A stretch of 64,000 nt of DNA. Origin: an uncultured Rhodoferax sp. Lineage in GTDB: Bacteria > Pseudomonadota > Gammaproteobacteria > Burkholderiales > Burkholderiaceae_C. Positions 8,756-19,609 of this stretch are shown piece after piece (the stretch's first letter is position 1; each line of letters begins with the position of its first letter). A program made the translations under genes and the position numbers. The stretch covers positions 902-64,901 of the forward strand of contig CAXBDR010000001.1 in assembly GCA_963974265.1 (NCBI GenBank). Direction: 5' to 3'. The notes under the pieces were generated by a model that was given only the letters and a program-made list of their open reading frames with translations, had not been told where the DNA came from and searched no databases.

Positions 8756-11365
8756 ATGGCAGCGACAGACAACAACACGACTGGCAACAGTGCGGACATC
8801 GACGTCAACAAGTTGATGGCCGAGTCCGACACCGGCGGCCGCAACCCGGGGCCGACGGTCCGCAAGCTGATGCTCGGCGTCGCGCTGGCCTGGAGCCTGT
8901 TCCAGCTGTGGATCGCCTCGCCGCTGCCGTTCATCGTCAACTTCGGCGTGTTCAACGACACCCAGTCGCGCTCCATCCACCTGGCGTTCGCGGTCTTCCT
9001 GGCCTACCTGGCCTATCCCGCGCTCGCCAATTCGCGCCGCGACCGCGTCCCGTTGCTGGACTGGGCGTTCGCACTCGTCGGTGCGTTCTGCGCGTCCTAC
9101 CTGTTCTTCTTCTACCGTGAACTGTCCACGCGCCCCGGCCAGCCGATCACGCAGGACCTGGTCGTGGCCGTGGTCGGCATCGTGCTGCTGCTCGAGGCCA
9201 CGCGCCGCGCGCTGGGGCTGCCGATGGTCATCGTCGCCATCGTGTTCCTGGGCTACACCTTCGGCGGCCCCTACATGCCGGACCTGATCGCGCACAAGGG
9301 CGCATCGATCTCGCGCGCCATGTCGCACCAGTGGCTGACCACCGAAGGCGTGTTCGGCGTCGCGCTCGGCGTGTCCAGCGGCTTCATCTTCCTGTTCGTG
9401 CTGTTCGGCTCGCTGCTGGACCGGGCCGGCGCCGGCAATTACTTCATCAAGAGTGCGTTCGCATTGCTCGGCCACATGCGGGGCGGCCCGGCCAAGGCGG
9501 CGGTCGTGTCGTCGGCCGCCACCGGCATCATCTCGGGCTCGTCGATCGCCAACGTCGTGACCACCGGCACCTTCACGATCCCGCTGATGAAGCGGGTCGG
9601 CTACCGGCCCGACCAGGCCGGCGCGGTCGAGGTCTCGAGTTCGGTCAACGGCCAGATCATGCCGCCGGTCATGGGCGCGGCGGCCTTCCTGATGGTCGAG
9701 TATGTCGGCATCACCTACACCCAGGTGATCAAGCACGCCTTCCTGCCGGCCATCATCTCGTACATCGCGCTGTTCTACATCGTGCACCTGGAGGCGCTCA
9801 AGGCCAACCTGCAGGGCCTGCCGCGGCGCGGCAATGCCACCGCCGGGCAAAGGCTGGTGTCGTTCGGCATGACGGTGGCAGGCTTCATCGTGCTGGCCGG
9901 CATCGTCTACTACGGCATTGGCTGGATCAAGGGCGCGGCCGGCGCGGCGGCGATCTACATCATCGGCGTCGGTGTGCTCGCCGCCTACCTGACGCTGCTG
10001 TGGATCGGCTCGCGCCAACCCGAACTCGAACTCGACGACCCGAACGCCCCGGTGTTCGAGTTGCCCGAGACCGCGCCCACGCTCAAGTCCGGCCTGCATT
10101 ACCTGCTGTCGGTCGTGGTGCTGATCTGGTGCCTGATGGTCGAGCAGATGTCGCCCGCGCTCTCGGCGTTCTGGGCCACCGCCTTCATGATCTTCGTCAT
10201 GGTGACGCAGCGCCCGATCATGGCGCTGCTGCGTGGACGCGGCAACATTGGCCACGCGTTGTCGGTGGGCTTCGCGGACCTGATCGCCGGGCTGGAAGCC
10301 GGTGCGCGCAACATGATCGGCATCGGCGTGGCCACGGCGGCGGCCGGCATCATCGTCGGCACCGTGTCGCTGACCGGCATCGGCCTGGTCATGACCGAGG
10401 TGATCGAATTGCTCTCGGGCGGCAACCTGATGGTGATGCTGCTGCTGGTGGCCTTCATCAGCCTGATCCTGGGCATGGGGCTGCCGACGACCGCCAACTA
10501 CATCGTGGTGTCCACGCTGATGGCGCCGGTGGTGGTCGAACTGGGCGCACAAAGCGGCCTGCTCGTGCCGCTGATCGCGGTGCACCTGTTCGTGTTCTAT
10601 TTCGGCCTGATGGCCGACGTGACGCCGCCGGTGGGCTTGGCCTCGTTCGCCGCGGCGGCGATCGCGCGCACCGATCCGATCAAGACCGGCGTGACCGCGT
10701 TCTTCTACAGCATGCGCACCGCCATCCTGCCATTCCTGTTCATCTTCAACACCCAGTTGCTGATGATCGGCATCGACAGCACCTGGCACCTGATACTGAC
10801 CGTGGCGAGCGCCACGGTGGCCATGCTGGTGTTCGCAGCGGCCACGCAGGGCTATTTCATGGTGCGCTCGCGCTGGTACGAATCGATCGCGCTGCTGCTG
10901 GTGACCTTCACGCTGTTCCGGCCCGGCTTCTGGTGGGACATGGTCTACCCACCCTTTGAACGGCACCCGGCGAACGAGCTGACGGAGATGATCGCCAAGG
11001 CGCCGGCCGACGCCCGCCAGCGCATCTGGATCGAAGGCATCAACCTCGACGGCAAGGAAATCAAGAAAGGCGTGCTGCTGCCGCTCGGAGCCGAAGGCAG
11101 CGCACCCGAACGCCTCAAGCGGGTCGGGCTGCAGTTGATGCCGCTAGGCGACAAGATGCAGGTGGCGGTGGTGCAGTTCGGCTCCACGGCCGAGAAACTC
11201 GGCATCGAACAGGGCTTCGACATCACCCAGATCGAGGTGGCCGCGGATCGTCCGGACAAGGAATGGATGTTCATCCCCGCCATGGGCGTGCTGGGCCTGA
11301 TCGTGATGATGCAGCGGGCGCGCCGCCGCCGGGAGCCACCGGCGCCGGTCGCCAAGCCGGCATGA
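8756..11365 (+). CDS. TRAP transporter fused 4TM/12TM permease (TAXI type)
   Basis: Highly hydrophobic; GGPAKAAV, SGSSIANV, GQIMPPVMGA, GMGLPTTANY, ADVTPPVGLA. Confidence 0.93.
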   Translation: MAATDNNTTGNSADIDVNKLMAESDTGGRNPGPTVRKLMLGVALAWSLFQLWIASPLPFIVNFGVFNDTQSRSIHLAFAVFLAYLAYPALANSRRDRVPLLDWAFALVGAFCASYLFFFYRELSTRPGQPITQDLVVAVVGIVLLLEATRRALGLPMVIVAIVFLGYTFGGPYMPDLIAHKGASISRAMSHQWLTTEGVFGVALGVSSGFIFLFVLFGSLLDRAGAGNYFIKSAFALLGHMRGGPAKAAVVSSAATGIISGSSIANVVTTGTFTIPLMKRVGYRPDQAGAVEVSSSVNGQIMPPVMGAAAFLMVEYVGITYTQVIKHAFLPAIISYIALFYIVHLEALKANLQGLPRRGNATAGQRLVSFGMTVAGFIVLAGIVYYGIGWIKGAAGAAAIYIIGVGVLAAYLTLLWIGSRQPELELDDPNAPVFELPETAPTLKSGLHYLLSVVVLIWCLMVEQMSPALSAFWATAFMIFVMVTQRPIMALLRGRGNIGHALSVGFADLIAGLEAGARNMIGIGVATAAAGIIVGTVSLTGIGLVMTEVIELLSGGNLMVMLLLVAFISLILGMGLPTTANYIVVSTLMAPVVVELGAQSGLLVPLIAVHLFVFYFGLMADVTPPVGLASFAAAAIARTDPIKTGVTAFFYSMRTAILPFLFIFNTQLLMIGIDSTWHLILTVASATVAMLVFAAATQGYFMVRSRWYESIALLLVTFTLFRPGFWWDMVYPPFERHPANELTEMIAKAPADARQRIWIEGINLDGKEIKKGVLLPLGAEGSAPERLKRVGLQLMPLGDKMQVAVVQFGSTAEKLGIEQGFDITQIEVAADRPDKEWMFIPAMGVLGLIVMMQRARRRREPPAPVAKPA

Positions 11366-11405
11366 GTCCGCGAAGCCGACAGCGCGCGGCCCACAGGACG
11401 GACCC

Positions 11406-12056
11406 ATGACCCGGATCGCACTCATCCACGCGCTGGCACATTCGGTGGCGCCGATCAACGATGCGATGGCGCGCGAGTGGCCGCAGGCCACGCGCATGAA
11501 CCTGCTCGACGACAGCCTGTCCGCGGACCTGGCTGCGAGCGGCAGTGGACTGGATGCGGCCATGCACGAACGCTTTGCGCGGCTGGCGCAATACGCGGTC
11601 GACTGCGGCAGCGACGGCATCCTGTTCACCTGCTCCGCATTCGGCCCCTGTATCGAGGCCGTCGCCACCCGTCACACCCCGATGCCGGTGCTCAAGCCCA
11701 ACGAAGCCATGGTGGCGCAGGCCGCCAGCCTGGGTTGCCGCATCGGCCTGGTTGCCAGCTTCGCGCCGACCCTGCAAAGCATGCCGGCCGAATTTCCCGC
11801 CGGCACGGAACTGGAATCCGAACTGGTGGCGGACGCGATGCTGGCGCTCAACACCGGCGACACGGCACGCCATGACGCACTCGTCGTCTCGGCGGCCGAA
11901 CGACTGGTGAACAAGGGTTGCGCGGTGATCGCGCTGGCCCAGTTCAGCATGGCGCGCGCGCGCAAGCTGGTGGGCGAGCGCACCGGCTTGCCGGTGCTCA
12001 CGACGGTGGACAGTGCGGTGAGCGAAATGCGGCGCCGGATTGGAAACACAGCCTGA
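11406..12056 (+). CDS. Asp/Glu/hydantoin racemase family protein
   Basis: ILFTCSAFG, VLKPNEAM, IALAQFSMA. Confidence 0.8.
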   Translation: MTRIALIHALAHSVAPINDAMAREWPQATRMNLLDDSLSADLAASGSGLDAAMHERFARLAQYAVDCGSDGILFTCSAFGPCIEAVATRHTPMPVLKPNEAMVAQAASLGCRIGLVASFAPTLQSMPAEFPAGTELESELVADAMLALNTGDTARHDALVVSAAERLVNKGCAVIALAQFSMARARKLVGERTGLPVLTTVDSAVSEMRRRIGNTA

Positions 12057-12102
12057 ACGGCTGACACCGGACCAGACTACGCGTCCGTACCGGGCGTATG
12101 CG

Positions 12103-12777
12103 TCAGTTCTTCAGGTAGTCCCGGAAACGCGGGGCTCCCACGATGTCCGCGAGCGTCTCACCGCCCTCGATTCGCTCAAGCAGCGCCACTTCTCGATCCT
12201 GGCGCGCCAAGGCCTCAGCCGTTACGCCCTCCACCTCACCGGGGGACAGTACCAGAATGCCGCTGTCATCGGCCAATATCGCATCGCCTGCACATACCGA
12301 TACACCACCGCAGGAAACTGCCACATTGACCGCTCCGCCTAGATCAAGCCTTCTGCCCAAAATGGGGGACGGCCCGCGGCACCACAACGGTACATCTTGA
12401 GCGCGAACATCATGAAAGTCGCAGGCGCGACCATCGATAATGACACCGAACGCACCAGCCTTGCGTGCCACGGCGGCCGTGACAGCTCCGAAACATGCGT
12501 GGCGATCCTCTCCGCTGCGATCCACCACAAGGACATCGCCCGGTCGCAGTGCGTCAAGGGCGAGCAACAATGCTGCCGAATCGACGCCGACCGTACGAAC
12601 CGTCACCGCCGTTCCCGCCACGCGCACGCCTTGCTGGATGGGTAGCAGTGCACTGCTCATGAAGCCATGCATTCGGAAGTGACCCACCGTGGCCGTCTCC
12701 ACCAATCGCAGCCGGTCAATCGCGGCCGGAGCAATTTGGCGTGGCATATCGCACACGTCGTAAAGAGCATGTTTCAT
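12103..12777 (-). CDS. RraA / HMG-aldolase family protein
   Basis: AGTAVTV, PGDVLVVD, ACFG, GVIIDGRACD, GDAILADDSG. Confidence 0.88.
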   Translation of the reverse strand: MKHALYDVCDMPRQIAPAAIDRLRLVETATVGHFRMHGFMSSALLPIQQGVRVAGTAVTVRTVGVDSAALLLALDALRPGDVLVVDRSGEDRHACFGAVTAAVARKAGAFGVIIDGRACDFHDVRAQDVPLWCRGPSPILGRRLDLGGAVNVAVSCGGVSVCAGDAILADDSGILVLSPGEVEGVTAEALARQDREVALLERIEGGETLADIVGAPRFRDYLKN

Positions 12778-13763
12778 CGCACGGCCTCCGGCTCAACCAA
12801 ACGACATGCCGCGGCATGGGTCGGGGTCAACGACACCAGACGTGGATCCACGGCACGACACTGTTCGACAACATGGACGCAACGCGGTGCAAACCGGCAA
12901 CCGGACGGGATCGACGCGGCCGACGGTGGATCGCCCTGGAGCACCTGCTGCTTGAGAACCGCGTCCGGATCAAGGCGCGGCGCAGCGCCGAGCAATGCCT
13001 GGGTATAAGGATGCACGGGGCGCTCGAAGATGTCTTTCGTTGCCGCCTCTTCAACCACGCGGCCCAGGTACATCACCATGATCCGGTCGCACATGCGACG
13101 CACGACTGACAGATCGTGTGAAATGAAGATGTAGGTAAGACCAAAACGCTCCTTCATGTCGAGGAACAGCTTCAGTACGTTGGCCTGCACGGACAGATCA
13201 AGCCCCGATGTAGGCTCGTCGAGAATGACAATGGACGGGCGCAGGATCAACGTGCGTGCCAGACCAATCCGGCGTTGCTGACCACCCGAAAACTCGTGCG
13301 GGTAGCGCCGCAGTGCCGTCTGGTCCAAACCGACCGCATCGAGCATCGTCGCGATACGTTGCTGGCGTTCGGCCTTGTCGTGCACGCCGCCGACGATCAG
13401 GGACTCGTGCAGCGTGGAGCCGATGGTCCACCAAGGGTCCAGGGCAGCGCCGGGGTCCTGATGCACAAACTGAATATCGCGCCGGGCCATGCGAGCCGCA
13501 CGCGCAGTCATGCCAGACACCAACTTGTTCGCAAGATGGATGCTGCCTGCGCTTTCGGGTTGCTGCCCCAGCAAGGTTCTGCCCAGGGTGGTCTTGCCGC
13601 ATCCAGACTCGCCAACCAGACCGAGCACTTCTCCTGGACGAACGTCAATGTCGACACCATCGACAGCGACCAGCGGCGATCCCTTGCCACGCCGGCCGAA
13701 CGAAACCGTCAATCCACGCGCCGAGAGCAGGGAATCGGGTGACATGGAGGCGCGGACCATCAT
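12774..13763 (-). CDS. Oligopeptide/dipeptide ABC transporter ATP-binding protein (DppF-like)
   Basis: GESGCGKT, FSGGQQRR, DEPTSGLD, HPYT, GCRFAPRC; ATGA overlap with upstream gene. Confidence 0.92.
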   Translation of the reverse strand: MMVRASMSPDSLLSARGLTVSFGRRGKGSPLVAVDGVDIDVRPGEVLGLVGESGCGKTTLGRTLLGQQPESAGSIHLANKLVSGMTARAARMARRDIQFVHQDPGAALDPWWTIGSTLHESLIVGGVHDKAERQQRIATMLDAVGLDQTALRRYPHEFSGGQQRRIGLARTLILRPSIVILDEPTSGLDLSVQANVLKLFLDMKERFGLTYIFISHDLSVVRRMCDRIMVMYLGRVVEEAATKDIFERPVHPYTQALLGAAPRLDPDAVLKQQVLQGDPPSAASIPSGCRFAPRCVHVVEQCRAVDPRLVSLTPTHAAACRLVEPEAVR

Positions 13764-14773
13764 GCCTCCACCATGTCGGAACGTTCTCCGTCGAAGTGGA
13801 TGCAATTGACGCGATGATGTTTGCCGCCGGTGAGTTGGGGCACACGTTTGCTGCAAGCGGCGACACCACGCGCGCAACGGGGCAAGAAGCGACATCCTGT
13901 TGGCATCTCCAGAAGGGACGGTACTGTGCCGGGAATTCCGCAATACTCCGTCATCCGATCGGGGTGGCAGTCCATCAGTGCCACGGTATAGGGGTGGCGT
14001 GGAGCGCGCAAGACCTCGGCTTTCCGGCCATGCTCGACGATCTGCCCCGCGTACATGACGCTGACACGGTCGCAGATTTGCGACACCACGCCAAAATCGT
14101 GCGTCACGAACAGCACGGATATTCCAAACTCTCTGCATAACTCAGACAACAGTATCAAGATCTGCTGCTGGGTTGTCACGTCGAGTGCCGTGGTGGGCTC
14201 ATCGGCGATGATCAAGCGAGGGCTGCACAACAACGCCGCGGCAATCAGCAGTCGCTGTCTTTGACCGCCCGAGAATTGATGTGGATAACGATCCAGCACT
14301 TCCTTCGGATCGGCAATTTGCACGCGCCCCAGCAACTCGACCAGACGCTGGATACCGGCGGCCTTGTCGCGTCGACCTTGTGGCGCATGCCAGCGCCAGA
14401 TGTCCAGAAACTGCTCACCCACCGTGAAATTCGGGTTCAACGCCAACGCGGGATCCTGCGGCACAAATCCGATCCGCCCGCCGCGGATGGACTGCGACAG
14501 CGTCGCCTCGTCCAGATCAAGCAGGTTAATGCCATCGAACATGATGCGACCGCCAGATGCGCCAGCCGACGCCGGGAGAATACCCAGTATGCTTTTGACG
14601 ATGGAGCTCTTGCCACATCCGGATTCACCGACAAGGCCCATGATTTCGCCCGGGTGGATATCAATGCTGCACCGGTCAAGAACGGTCACATCGCCTTGCC
14701 CCGTCCGGATCGATACCGACAAATCGACGATATCGAGCAAAGGCGGCTCCAAGCCAACTGTGGACCCCGGCAT
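13760..14773 (-). CDS. Oligopeptide/dipeptide ABC transporter ATP-binding protein (DppD-like)
   Basis: GESGCGKS, FSGGQRQR, ADEPTTALD, GCRFLPRC. Confidence 0.92.
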   Translation of the reverse strand: MPGSTVGLEPPLLDIVDLSVSIRTGQGDVTVLDRCSIDIHPGEIMGLVGESGCGKSSIVKSILGILPASAGASGGRIMFDGINLLDLDEATLSQSIRGGRIGFVPQDPALALNPNFTVGEQFLDIWRWHAPQGRRDKAAGIQRLVELLGRVQIADPKEVLDRYPHQFSGGQRQRLLIAAALLCSPRLIIADEPTTALDVTTQQQILILLSELCREFGISVLFVTHDFGVVSQICDRVSVMYAGQIVEHGRKAEVLRAPRHPYTVALMDCHPDRMTEYCGIPGTVPSLLEMPTGCRFLPRCARGVAACSKRVPQLTGGKHHRVNCIHFDGERSDMVEA

Positions 14774-15615
14774 CAACGTGATCTCCGGATACGTGGATCA
14801 ATGACGTCCCGCAACGAATCACCGATGAGGTTGAACGCCAGGACCGTGACAAGAATCGCCAGGCCCGGAAAGACCGAGAGCCACCAACCTGAGGGCAGAT
14901 ATCGCTGGCTTTCCGCAACCATCAATCCCCATTCCGGCGTCGGCGGCGTGGCGCCCAGGCCCAGAAAACCCAACGAGGCGGCGACCAGTATCGTGACGCC
15001 CATGCCGATCGTGGCTCGCACAATGACTACGGGCAAGACATTCGGCAGGATGTGCATCAGCACGATACGTGCAGGGCTGCAGCCCTGCGCCTGCAATGCG
15101 TCGACGAAAGGATCGACGGATATTCGACGCGTCTCGCTGTAGACAATGCGACAGAACATGGGCCAGTAGGTCAAGGTCAGTGCAATCATGGCCGTAGCGA
15201 TCGAGGGTCGCATGATCGATGCGAAAACCAGTGCCAGTACCAGTTGGGGCACGGCCAAGAAAATGTCGGTGACACGCATGATGATCTGGCCTCCGATTCC
15301 GCCCGCATAACCGGCAATCAAACCCAGCGGCACACCGATCAGCATGGATACCAGGACGGTGACGCAGGCGATCGTCAGCGCCACTCTGGCTCCCAGCACC
15401 ATGCGTGAAAACACATCGCGCCCGATACCGTCGGTACCCAACCAGAATTCCGCGGACGGCGGCTGGAGACGCTGCCAGGGTTTGGCATCGTAAGCATCCT
15501 CCGGATAGGGCACAACGTAGTTGCCGAATATCGCGCAAAAGACAATCACGGCAAGAATCAGCAGGCCTAGCATTGCCGCACGATCCCGCAGGAGCAGGGA
15601 AAAAATCGCTTTCAT
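14773..15615 (-). CDS. Peptide ABC transporter permease (DppC-like); start may be the TTG at 15638
   Basis: WLGTDGIGRDVFSR, HILPN, LGFLGLGATPPTPEWG. Confidence 0.9.
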   Translation of the reverse strand: MKAIFSLLLRDRAAMLGLLILAVIVFCAIFGNYVVPYPEDAYDAKPWQRLQPPSAEFWLGTDGIGRDVFSRMVLGARVALTIACVTVLVSMLIGVPLGLIAGYAGGIGGQIIMRVTDIFLAVPQLVLALVFASIMRPSIATAMIALTLTYWPMFCRIVYSETRRISVDPFVDALQAQGCSPARIVLMHILPNVLPVVIVRATIGMGVTILVAASLGFLGLGATPPTPEWGLMVAESQRYLPSGWWLSVFPGLAILVTVLAFNLIGDSLRDVIDPRIRRSR

Positions 15616-15634
15616 GGTTTCATCCAATTCCTGC

Positions 15635-16642
15635 TCAAGCGTGACCGACGCGCGGGTCGAGCCAGCCCTGCGCAACGTCGACCAGTATGTTGACCGCTGC
15701 ATAGATGACACCGACAACCAGCGTTGTCGCCATCACCGGTTGGTAGTCGGACAACATCACGGCGTTGTACAAATAGTCTCCCAGGCCCGGCCAGCCGAAC
15801 ACGGCCTCCACAACCACGGAACCGGAAAGAAACAAGCCAAAGAGCAAGCCTATCTGCGTGATGGTCGCCGACATCGAACTTCGCAACACATATTTCCATA
15901 TCAATAGCCGCCGGGGATAACCCACCGCGCGCTCCCACACGACGAAGTCCCGCTGCAAAGTCTCGATGGCCGACGAGCGGGTAAAACGCGCAATCGTGGC
16001 AATCGCCGGCAACGCGAGCGTGAAGGAAGGCAATACGAGATGCGTCAACGCGGTGCCTGCATCACGGACCCTCCCCGCCAGCAAGTAGTCGATGACGAAT
16101 AGTCCGGTGACAAGGTCGGGGGAAGAAACAGCATCCGAAATACGCCCACGCAGCGGCAGCAGGCCGAGATGCAGACTGAAGACAAGCTGGAAGACAATGG
16201 CAATCCAGAACGATGCCACCGCCAACCCGGCAATGGTGAACACCCGCAAGATCTGATCTATCCACCCATTGCGGTTCACCGCTGCGATCATTCCGAGCGG
16301 AACACCAATCAATATCGCCAGCAACATTGTCGCCATGGCCAATTCGATCGTCGCGGGCAGGCGCAAGCCCAGATCCACGATGACTGGCCGATGGGTGTAG
16401 ATACTGACACCGAAGTCACCGGCGGCGACTTGCTTCAGATACAGAAAAAATTGAACCGGTAGCGGCCGGTCCAAACCGAGACTGACCCGAATTCCGGCAA
16501 TCTGTTCGGGCGTTGCCGTCTCTCCTGCCAACACCGCTGCCGGGTCGATCGGCACTATGCGCGTCAGGACAAAGATCAGCAACAGCAGCCCCAGAAGGAC
16601 TGGTATCGTCAGCAACAATCGATAGGCGACAAAACGCAGCAT
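15635..16642 (-). CDS. Peptide ABC transporter permease (DppB-like)
   Basis: GLDRPLPVQF, GDFGVS, RLPATIELA, VEAVFGWPGLG, LDPRV. Confidence 0.92.
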   Translation of the reverse strand: MLRFVAYRLLLTIPVLLGLLLLIFVLTRIVPIDPAAVLAGETATPEQIAGIRVSLGLDRPLPVQFFLYLKQVAAGDFGVSIYTHRPVIVDLGLRLPATIELAMATMLLAILIGVPLGMIAAVNRNGWIDQILRVFTIAGLAVASFWIAIVFQLVFSLHLGLLPLRGRISDAVSSPDLVTGLFVIDYLLAGRVRDAGTALTHLVLPSFTLALPAIATIARFTRSSAIETLQRDFVVWERAVGYPRRLLIWKYVLRSSMSATITQIGLLFGLFLSGSVVVEAVFGWPGLGDYLYNAVMLSDYQPVMATTLVVGVIYAAVNILVDVAQGWLDPRVGHA

Positions 16643-16647
16643 GGGCC

Positions 16648-17646
16648 TCAGGCAGGCTCTGCGTTCTTGCGATGGAAGTAGTTCGCATCCAGAAACTCGG
16701 TCAGGTATTGGCCGTAGGTAATGGGGGCGTGTTTGGGTGGGTTGTCGGCATCTGTGCAGGTTGGCAGGCACGTCATGACGCGATCCGGATGCGGATCGAA
16801 GAAAAACGCCAAGGAATATCGATCGACGCCAGACACATTCATGACCCGGTGCGCCGTGGACAGATAGCGATCATTTGTCCAACGGCGCATCATGTCTCCG
16901 GAGTTCACAAGATACTTTCCGGGCAACACTGGGGCGTCGAACCAGGTTCCGTCCGACTTCCGGATCTGCAACCCTCCCACACCATTCTGGATGAGGAAGG
17001 TCATGAAGCCACCATCCGTATGTGCGCCAGTTCCGAACTGCTCCGGTTCGGCTTCATCACGAACGGGATAGTGCAGCAGGCGCAACGTGTATTGAGCCGG
17101 GTCGAAGTATGCGTCGAAGAAGTCATCCTGCAGCGCCAACGAACGCGCCACGATGGGCAACATTTTCATGCCGAGTCGCTCCAGCGCGTGCTGGTAGGCC
17201 ACCACATCCTCACGGAAACCAGGCAGGTCCCGGGGCCACTGGTTGAGTCCACGGAATGGCTTGCCGGCCAGGACGTCCGGGTCATCCGCCTTGCGGTCGC
17301 GCTTCGCAAAAAACGACTCGTTGTAGTTGGGCTTTCGCGCCACTTCAACCTTCGAGTGCTTTTGCATGCTGGCATTGAGCCCCATGTAACCGACGTTGTC
17401 GCGGTTCAGCGGGATTTCGCGCTTGCGTTCCAGCGGCATGGTGTGGAACCGCTTAGACGCTGCAAAGGCCCGTTCGATCGCCTCGGGCGGAACGCCATGG
17501 TTGTCGATGTACAGGAACCCGACTTCTTGTTCCACCTCACGAAACGCCTCCGCCAGAAAGTCAATGGCCCCAGGCTCCCCGCGCATGTACGGACCCAGGT
17601 CAAGTCCCGGAATTCCATCGAAATGCTGAATGGTATGTTTGCTCAT
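16648..17646 (-). CDS. Isopenicillin-N-synthase-like 2OG-Fe(II) oxygenase
   Basis: GFLYIDNHGV, LRLLHYP, HTD...H facial triad (GAHTDGG, TAHRV), RYS motif. Confidence 0.92.
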   Translation of the reverse strand: MSKHTIQHFDGIPGLDLGPYMRGEPGAIDFLAEAFREVEQEVGFLYIDNHGVPPEAIERAFAASKRFHTMPLERKREIPLNRDNVGYMGLNASMQKHSKVEVARKPNYNESFFAKRDRKADDPDVLAGKPFRGLNQWPRDLPGFREDVVAYQHALERLGMKMLPIVARSLALQDDFFDAYFDPAQYTLRLLHYPVRDEAEPEQFGTGAHTDGGFMTFLIQNGVGGLQIRKSDGTWFDAPVLPGKYLVNSGDMMRRWTNDRYLSTAHRVMNVSGVDRYSLAFFFDPHPDRVMTCLPTCTDADNPPKHAPITYGQYLTEFLDANYFHRKNAEPA

Positions 17647-17669
17647 TTGTCGCTCCTGCAAACCTTCGA

Positions 17670-19280
17670 TCAGGACTCAACCCACATCTGACGCAGATCG
17701 ACAGCATCACCTGTGACGGCCGGCTGGTACCCCTTTACGCGCGTTCGGATCGCACGCGCAACCTTGCCCTGGTAAATCCACACATCGACCGCATCCGCGA
17801 CCAGCAGACGGCTCGCCTCCTCGTAGAGGGGCAAGCGCTTGCTGGTATCCGGAATGCGACTGGCCTCCATCAGCATCGACTGAACCTTTTCATTGGAGTA
17901 CCACGACGAACCCCGTGTCGTACCCTCCCCTGCTTTGGTGTAGTAAGGGCCGGTCCAGTTGTCCGGATCGACGTAGTAGGGAGTCGACCAATGCGACCAG
18001 ATCTGCGGCGTCGTCTCGGGTCGCTGGCAGGCCGTGACCATGTTGGCCCAGAGGCCCTTGGATATTCGCATGGTCACGCCAATCTTGCGCAACTCGGATT
18101 GCAGCAGTTGCGCAACCGAGACGGTCTCATCGTAGCCCGTCAGAGCGATGAACTCGATTTCCTGCTTGACGTCCACCCCGTCCTTGACCGCCCGAGCCAG
18201 ATATTCTCGAGCCTTGCCGAGGTCGTGGTCATATCCCACCAGATCGCTGGGGGTTCCGAACACGCCTTTTGGCAGCGGGCCCTTGATGCGATCGACAAAG
18301 TTCAACATGACCTTCTCGATGAACACCTGATAGGGAAAGGCGTGGCTGACTGCCTTGCGGAAGTTCACATTGTTGAAAGGCGCCCTTTGATGGTTCATCC
18401 GGATCATGAAAGTGCGCAGCGCCGGTTCCTTTGACAACCGTACACCTGGCGCCTTCTCCAAAGTCTCGAATTGATCGGGCGGGACGTAGCCGTTGGTCGC
18501 GTCAATGTCGCCCTTTTGAACCGCCAGCAATGCCGTTGTGTTGTCTTTGATGTACCGGTCGAGAACACGCTTCATCGGCTCATGCCCTTTCGGCCAGCCG
18601 CGGAAGTAGTCCGGAAACCACTCGAGATCAAATCGGTCAACCGGGAGAAAGCTGCCGGGTACGACCTTGTATGGACCCGACCCTGCACTATTGGACAAGA
18701 GAAAAGTCTTCGCCCAATCGTTATCGACAGTGTTTGCCAGCAGCAACTGGCGATTGACGATCGGCATCAAAGGCAGCACGGAGAGAAAGGGGGCGTAGGC
18801 CTGCGTCAAGGTGAACCGTACCAAGTGCGGCCCGACTGCCTTGATGCCATCAGGCTTGAGGAAGCCGACCAGTGTTGCGCTGATTGCGGTCTTCACAGCT
18901 AGCATCCGTTGAAAGCTGTACACGACATCTTCTGCTGTCATGAGACGACCATCGTGGAACTTCACGTTGTTGTGCAGTTCCATGTCCCAGGTAATCCCGT
19001 CAGGCGAATACTTCATCGCCTTCACAAGACGGGGCTTGAGCTCTGCCACCCCATTCGCTCCCACATATTCGTAGAGAGCGTCGTAACAGTTGTTCTTGAA
19101 GAACAAGGTGGGAACATCGATCACATCATGCGGGTCCAGCTTGAGAGGCACCGTTCCACCCCACACCAGTGGCCGTGCTGCTTGCGCATCCGCACGACCA
19201 GGCCACAGACCGAAACCGGAGAGAGTCCCTGCCATCGCGGCAAGGCTTGTGATGTGCAGTAGCCGACGGCGCTCAATCAT
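17670..19280 (-). CDS. ABC transporter substrate-binding protein, family 5, twin-Arg signal
   Basis: MIERRRLL, VKFHDG..TAEDVVYSFQR, GSGPYK. Confidence 0.9.
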   Translation of the reverse strand: MIERRRLLHITSLAAMAGTLSGFGLWPGRADAQAARPLVWGGTVPLKLDPHDVIDVPTLFFKNNCYDALYEYVGANGVAELKPRLVKAMKYSPDGITWDMELHNNVKFHDGRLMTAEDVVYSFQRMLAVKTAISATLVGFLKPDGIKAVGPHLVRFTLTQAYAPFLSVLPLMPIVNRQLLLANTVDNDWAKTFLLSNSAGSGPYKVVPGSFLPVDRFDLEWFPDYFRGWPKGHEPMKRVLDRYIKDNTTALLAVQKGDIDATNGYVPPDQFETLEKAPGVRLSKEPALRTFMIRMNHQRAPFNNVNFRKAVSHAFPYQVFIEKVMLNFVDRIKGPLPKGVFGTPSDLVGYDHDLGKAREYLARAVKDGVDVKQEIEFIALTGYDETVSVAQLLQSELRKIGVTMRISKGLWANMVTACQRPETTPQIWSHWSTPYYVDPDNWTGPYYTKAGEGTTRGSSWYSNEKVQSMLMEASRIPDTSKRLPLYEEASRLLVADAVDVWIYQGKVARAIRTRVKGYQPAVTGDAVDLRQMWVES

Positions 19281-19585
19281 CTGTGTTTCCTTTCAGAGGG
19301 TGGAAATGCGGCAACAAGGTGTCGCGGGAAATAATGCCGATGGAAGTTTGTTCTGTCAATGGAACATTTAAAACATCACAGGACGAAGCGTGATTCGCTT
19401 GGCCCGCAAGCTGTTGACACATCAAGCGAATGGTGATCACATTTGTCGCGACCTTGAATGGGGCTACACAACGGGCGGCGGACCATATCGCCGCGACACC
19501 ATTCCTCTCGTCATCTTGTCGGCCAGGCTGCGGGCAATGCAGGCGAGTGGCCTGTGCGATTCCATGAGCAGTTCGGCCCTGTCGT

Positions 19586-19609
19586 GCCTGCGCCTGCGCC
19601 TGCGCCTGC
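19586..19609. repeat. (GCCTGC)x4 simple tandem repeat in a degraded intergenic region
   Basis: Read directly from the sequence. Confidence 0.9.
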
